Assembly (NCBI GenBank): GCA_963606965.1
Contig: CAVDAL010000051.1
Coordinates: 31,487 to 95,486 of the forward strand
Length of the DNA: 64,000 nt
Source: Acutalibacteraceae bacterium
GTDB taxonomy: Bacteria > Actinomycetota > Coriobacteriia > Coriobacteriales > QAMH01
Direction: 5' to 3'
The notes below the pieces were generated by a model that did not search any database, was not told the DNA's origin, and saw only the letters and a list, made by a program, of their open reading frames with translations. Both the position numbers and the translations under genes were made by a program. This document shows positions 60,025 to 64,000 of the stretch, piece by piece. Position 1 is the stretch's first letter; every line of letters begins with the position of its first letter.

Positions 60025-61443
60025 GTGAACGAAAGTATAGGGGACATACTTAGAAATAAGCGCAAAGAACTTGGCTATTCTTTAGATGATGCTGCTGATG
60101 CAACAAATATAAGAAGGCGCGTTCTTGAAACATTTGAAACTGGGGATTTTGCATATTTTCCACCAGATGGCTATGCGCGCAATATGATTTTGTCTTATGC
60201 GCGTTTTCTTAATATGAATGTCGATGATGTTTCGCGAACATATGATATTCAGCGTAATGAATTCGAATCAAGAAATACACCTGAATTCGCTGCTTCAAAT
60301 GACATTGAACGCATGAAAAGACGTGCTAATGCAGCAAATGACAGAGCTGCAAAGGCAGAAGGTAAAGAACAAGAAGAACAAGACTCTTCTAAACAGATGG
60401 CAAGCAGTATTAAAGTTATCCCGCGTTCTTCACGCAACGCAACATCTTATTCTCGTCGTGCAGGGCGCCAGATAGCTAGCGATTTCCAAACTGATAGTTT
60501 TAGTCCTGTTGAATTTGCCAACGATAGCTCGCGACAAAAAACAAATAGGCACAGAAGACATATTAGTGCCAGCGATTTACATGCTGCGGATAATTATTCA
60601 AATTCGAGCTCGCGTTCATCAAGGTTAAGCAAATCTGAAAGCACAGATAGAAACAGGCGTTTCAATTCTAGAAGTGCTGCGCAAACAACAACAGAAAAAG
60701 ATCCATATACGACAGGAAGATTGTCTGATATTACAGCAGGATTTCACAAAGTCGATTTTAATAAAGAAAGTGAAAGCGCGCAAGTTGAACAAGATTTTGA
60801 AGAATCTTCGAATTATGAATTGCGTGAGCGCAACCGCAAAACAAAACCAACAGCAAGAGGAAGCAGATCAAATTCATCTTCTTCAATCCCACATAACCAC
60901 GATGTTGTTGTTCAAGGGCCTGTCCATCGCATAATCAATGCAATTATTTCGATTTTCAAAGATAGAAGAACGCGTTTGATAGCTATAGCTGTTATATTTA
61001 TTGTTCTGGCTATTGTTGTTGCTGCAAGTTTGCTGATTTCTTCGGCATCGAATAATGAAAATAGCAATGATGTAATTGAAGTTCAAGGCGGCGCAGAAGG
61101 TGATTCTTCAACATCGACAACTTCAGATGAAGCAGGAAATACAACAGCAACAGTAACTACAGCAAATGGCAACCCAGTTGTAATTACTTTAGAAGTTGAA
61201 GAAGGCAAGACTTCTCTTATAAATGTGACTTATGATGATGATATTGCATACAACGGAACAGCTGTAGGACCTTGGAAGCGTGAATTCAATGTAACAAAGT
61301 CATTTAATGCATCTTTTGGCACACCAGATTCAGTTAAAGTCACAGAAAATGGAAAAGAAATTGCTATTACATCGAATGAAGATGGAACTGGCACATTAAC
61401 AGTAAATATCCAAGCGGCAGGCTTGGCGGAAAGCAGCAAATAA
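60025..61443 (+). CDS. RodZ-like HTH membrane protein (N-terminal XRE-type HTH, disordered linker, TM, DUF4115-like C-terminus)
   Basis: 'IGDILRNKRKELGYSLDDAADATNIR...LE..E.GDF', TM segment 'LIAIAVIFIVLAIVVAASLLI', beta-rich C-terminal ~90 aa. GTG start. Confidence 0.7.
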   Translation: MNESIGDILRNKRKELGYSLDDAADATNIRRRVLETFETGDFAYFPPDGYARNMILSYARFLNMNVDDVSRTYDIQRNEFESRNTPEFAASNDIERMKRRANAANDRAAKAEGKEQEEQDSSKQMASSIKVIPRSSRNATSYSRRAGRQIASDFQTDSFSPVEFANDSSRQKTNRHRRHISASDLHAADNYSNSSSRSSRLSKSESTDRNRRFNSRSAAQTTTEKDPYTTGRLSDITAGFHKVDFNKESESAQVEQDFEESSNYELRERNRKTKPTARGSRSNSSSSIPHNHDVVVQGPVHRIINAIISIFKDRRTRLIAIAVIFIVLAIVVAASLLISSASNNENSNDVIEVQGGAEGDSSTSTTSDEAGNTTATVTTANGNPVVITLEVEEGKTSLINVTYDDDIAYNGTAVGPWKREFNVTKSFNASFGTPDSVKVTENGKEIAITSNEDGTGTLTVNIQAAGLAESSK

Positions 61444-61458
61444 AACAGGGAGAATAAC

Positions 61459-61956
61459 ATGGCTAAAGACAACAGTTTTGATATTGTATCTGAATGCGAT
61501 TTGCAAGAAGTAGATAATGCATTTCAGCAATCGTTAAAAGCTTTAAAGCAGCGCTATGATTTAAAAGATTCTGGTGCAAGCATTGACTTTGACAAAACAA
61601 AGCAAAGTTTTACTGTTTTAGCACCAAGTGACTTTGTTTGTGGACAAGTTATAGATTTACTAAACACGCATCTTGTAAGGCGCAAAATTGATTTACAAGC
61701 TGTAAGCTGGGGGAATGCAGAAGATGCATCTGGTGGCAATGTTCGCAAAGTTGGAACAATTGTGCAAGGCATTGAACAAGAAATAGCAAAGAAAATCAAT
61801 AAAGATATCAAAGCAGAAAAATTCAAAGTTAAAGTCCAAATTGAAGGAACAAAGCTTCGTGTTTGCGCGCCAAAACGCGATGAGCTTCAAGCTGTTATAG
61901 CTTTTTTGCGTGAAAAAGATTATGGTCTTCCTTTGCAATTTACAAATTATAGATAA
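61459..61956 (+). CDS. yajQ: YajQ-family (UPF0234) nucleotide-binding protein
   Basis: 'SFDIVSE.DLQEV.NA..Q..K....RYD.K', 165 aa. Confidence 0.9.
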   Translation: MAKDNSFDIVSECDLQEVDNAFQQSLKALKQRYDLKDSGASIDFDKTKQSFTVLAPSDFVCGQVIDLLNTHLVRRKIDLQAVSWGNAEDASGGNVRKVGTIVQGIEQEIAKKINKDIKAEKFKVKVQIEGTKLRVCAPKRDELQAVIAFLREKDYGLPLQFTNYR

Positions 61957-61963
61957 GGTTTAA

Positions 61964-63280
61964 ATGATGCATGAATCTTTTTCATTCATAACATTAGGCT
62001 GTCCAAAAAATGAAGTAGACAGCAATAAAATGAAGACAAAGCTGCTGAATGCTGGCTATATTTTTGCTGAAGACCAAGACAAAGCAGATGCTGTTATTGT
62101 TAATACATGTTCTTTTTTGACTAGTGCTGTGGAAGAAAGCCTTGATGTTATCTTGAGCCTTGTTGACGCAGAAAATTTTCCTGACAGGAAAATAATTGTT
62201 GCTGGCTGCATGCCTTCAAGATATGGCGAAAGTTTAAATGATGAACTTCCAGAGGTTGCTGCTTTTGTATCAACACATGACGAAAATGCAATTGTCGATA
62301 TTTTCAATAAGCTCTTTAATGAAGGAGCTCAAGAACAAGAAAACTCCATTAGAACAGATGAACAGCAACCATATGCTTATGTAAAAATTTCTGATGGATG
62401 CGACAGATTTTGTTCTTATTGCATGATTCCATTCATTCGTGGAAGATATCATTCTTTTGCCTTGCAAGACATTTTGGATGAAGTTGCAGAACTTGTTGCT
62501 GGCGGTATACAAGAAATTATTTTCATAGGGCAAGACACAGGAATTTGGGGCAGCGATTTTGAAGAAAAGCAAACAATTGTTGACCTTTTAGCTGCCGCTT
62601 CACGAAAATTCCCTGAAACATGGTTCAGGTTGCTATATATCCAACCTGAAGGCATTACAGATGAATTGTTAACACTGATGTCTGAACAGGAAAACATTTG
62701 TGCATATCTTGATATTCCATTCCAACATGTGGATTCTGATTTGCTAAAGTCAATGAATAGGTGTGGTAGCAGGGATGAATATTCCAATTTGTTGAAACAT
62801 ATTCGTTCCTTCGATTCAAAATTTTCAATTCGCACAACATTCATGTCAGGTTTCCCTGGGGAAAGCCAAGAACAACATGATGAACTAATTTCATTTATTG
62901 ATGAAAACCCATTTGATTTTTCTGGCGTATTTATTTTTTCTCCTGAAGATGGAACAAAAGCAGCAAAAATGGATTGCCAAATTGATGAAGATGTAAAAGT
63001 TAAACGCGCACAAGAAGTACAAGACGCATGTGAAGCTGGCGGATTTGCACTTGCATCTTCACATTGTGGTGAACGTATTGAAGTTATTATAGAAGCAAGT
63101 GAAGAAACTTCATGTGGAATCGAACTTTTGGCAAGAGCTCAATTCCAAGCACCAGATATTGACGGTCAAGTTCATATCCCTGTTGAAAATCCTCAAGATT
63201 ACATGGTGGGGGAACATTTATTTGTCACAATAACTGATTCTTTTTGCTTTGAATTAATAGGAGAAATTATAGATGACTAG
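61964..63280 (+). CDS. rimO: Ribosomal protein S12 methylthiotransferase RimO
   Basis: 'ITLGCPKNEVDS', radical-SAM 'GCDRFCSYC', C-terminal TRAM domain. Confidence 0.9.
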   Translation: MMHESFSFITLGCPKNEVDSNKMKTKLLNAGYIFAEDQDKADAVIVNTCSFLTSAVEESLDVILSLVDAENFPDRKIIVAGCMPSRYGESLNDELPEVAAFVSTHDENAIVDIFNKLFNEGAQEQENSIRTDEQQPYAYVKISDGCDRFCSYCMIPFIRGRYHSFALQDILDEVAELVAGGIQEIIFIGQDTGIWGSDFEEKQTIVDLLAAASRKFPETWFRLLYIQPEGITDELLTLMSEQENICAYLDIPFQHVDSDLLKSMNRCGSRDEYSNLLKHIRSFDSKFSIRTTFMSGFPGESQEQHDELISFIDENPFDFSGVFIFSPEDGTKAAKMDCQIDEDVKVKRAQEVQDACEAGGFALASSHCGERIEVIIEASEETSCGIELLARAQFQAPDIDGQVHIPVENPQDYMVGEHLFVTITDSFCFELIGEIIDD

Positions 63281-63911
63281 CAATTTAAAAGAAGAAATTT
63301 TAACGCCAGCTAATATTGTAACAATGGTCAGGATAATTTTAATTCCTGTTTTTGTTGTTGTGATACTTTCACCATTACCGCAGTGGTTTCCTGGGCACAT
63401 GCTTTTGGCTGTTTTTCAGCCTTGGATTGCTGCTATTGTTTTTGCAATTTTAGCAGCGACAGATGGCATAGATGGATATCTTGCTCGTTCAAGAAATCAA
63501 GTCACAGATTTTGGAAAATTCATTGATCCACTAGCAGATAAAATTTTAGTTTGCGCAGCACTGCTTGCATTGATTGAGCTTGATTCATTGCCATCATGGA
63601 TTGCATTAATAATCCTTGCTCGCGAATTCATTGTTTCTGGTTTGCGTATGTTGGCAGCTAGTAAGGGAGTTGTAGTTGCTGCAGCTTGGCCCGGGAAGGT
63701 TAAAACAGTTTTGCAAATTTTGGCAATTATTTGTTTCATTGTTAAAAATTCATTCTTTATTCAAGTTAAAAGCGGTTGGTTTGCAACAGCATTTTTCTAT
63801 TTTTCATGGACTTTAATGATTGCGGCTGTTGTTATGACAATCATTTCCATGCTTGATTATTTCTGGAAGACAAAAGAAGTTTTTAAGTCAAATTCAGGCT
63901 CAAATGAATAA
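63273..63911 (+). CDS. pgsA: CDP-diacylglycerol--glycerol-3-phosphate 3-phosphatidyltransferase
   Basis: CDP-alcohol motif 'DGIDGYLAR......FGKFIDPLADK'. Confidence 0.9.
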   Translation: MTSNLKEEILTPANIVTMVRIILIPVFVVVILSPLPQWFPGHMLLAVFQPWIAAIVFAILAATDGIDGYLARSRNQVTDFGKFIDPLADKILVCAALLALIELDSLPSWIALIILAREFIVSGLRMLAASKGVVVAAAWPGKVKTVLQILAIICFIVKNSFFIQVKSGWFATAFFYFSWTLMIAAVVMTIISMLDYFWKTKEVFKSNSGSNE

Positions 63912-64000
63912 GCAATATTTATTAGCAGAAAAAATTATCCGAAAATGTTCGGAAAAAAGTCTGACAATCTCCTGTGCTGAATCTTGCACCGGTGGACTTA
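63904..64000 (+). CDS. cinA: CinA/PncC-type nicotinamide-nucleotide amidohydrolase, 5' end (truncated by window edge)
   Basis: 'LTISCAESCTGGL' is the CinA C-domain signature. The ATG overlaps the pgsA stop by 8 nt, and pgsA-cinA is a conserved pair. Confidence 0.75.
   Translation, partial: MNKQYLLAEKIIRKCSEKSLTISCAESCTGGL

Overview
This 64-kb window is a densely packed, almost entirely plus-strand block of core housekeeping genes. I found no transposase, integrase, phage gene, CRISPR array, rRNA or recognisable defence or toxin-antitoxin module. Content in order: ligA 3' end; mtaB-rsmE (minus strand); tal-rho; rpmE; thyX; DUF1385; aroK, an aroB-like gene, pepP and efp; pyrH-frr-uppS-cdsA-dxr-rseP; a complete nine-gene pyr operon (pyrR-B-C-carA-carB-pyrK-D-F-E) behind a PyrR-binding leader; mihF-gmk-rpoZ; thiI; phoH-ybeY-era-recO; two tandem polar-amino-acid ABC importers plus an EamA transporter; rpsO-pnp; capA-like; ychF; an acyl-CoA ligase with iorAB; a PrsA-like lipoprotein; gluQ overlapping tRNA-Ala(GGC); guaB; a divergent MerR regulator; an HD/dGTPase-like gene; dapB-dapA-rnj-ftsK; a RodZ-like gene; yajQ; rimO; pgsA; cinA 5' end. 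The gene order (mihF-gmk-rpoZ, aroK-aroB-pepQ-efp, dapB-dapA-rnj-ftsK, pgsA-cinA) is actinobacterial, while the composition is AT-leaning by eye (not computed). That suggests a low-GC Coriobacteriia such as an Atopobium or Fannyhessea relative, but this is inference only. I do not see a convincing new multi-gene system. The observations most worth a second look are: (1) an AroB homologue whose three metal ligands and catalytic His are all substituted; (2) a textbook MerR-type divergent promoter feeding a ~125-nt unit with no credible CDS that ends at an orphan intrinsic terminator, a candidate sRNA or leader; (3) the gluQ stop codon lying inside tRNA-Ala; (4) an ABC permease carrying an unassigned ~155-aa extracytoplasmic N-terminal domain; (5) L31 and Rho carrying long Ala/Lys/Glu low-complexity extensions; (6) a perfect 8-1-8 palindrome upstream of the pyr operon. 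All calls rest on motif reading and hand alignment only; no database search was run.
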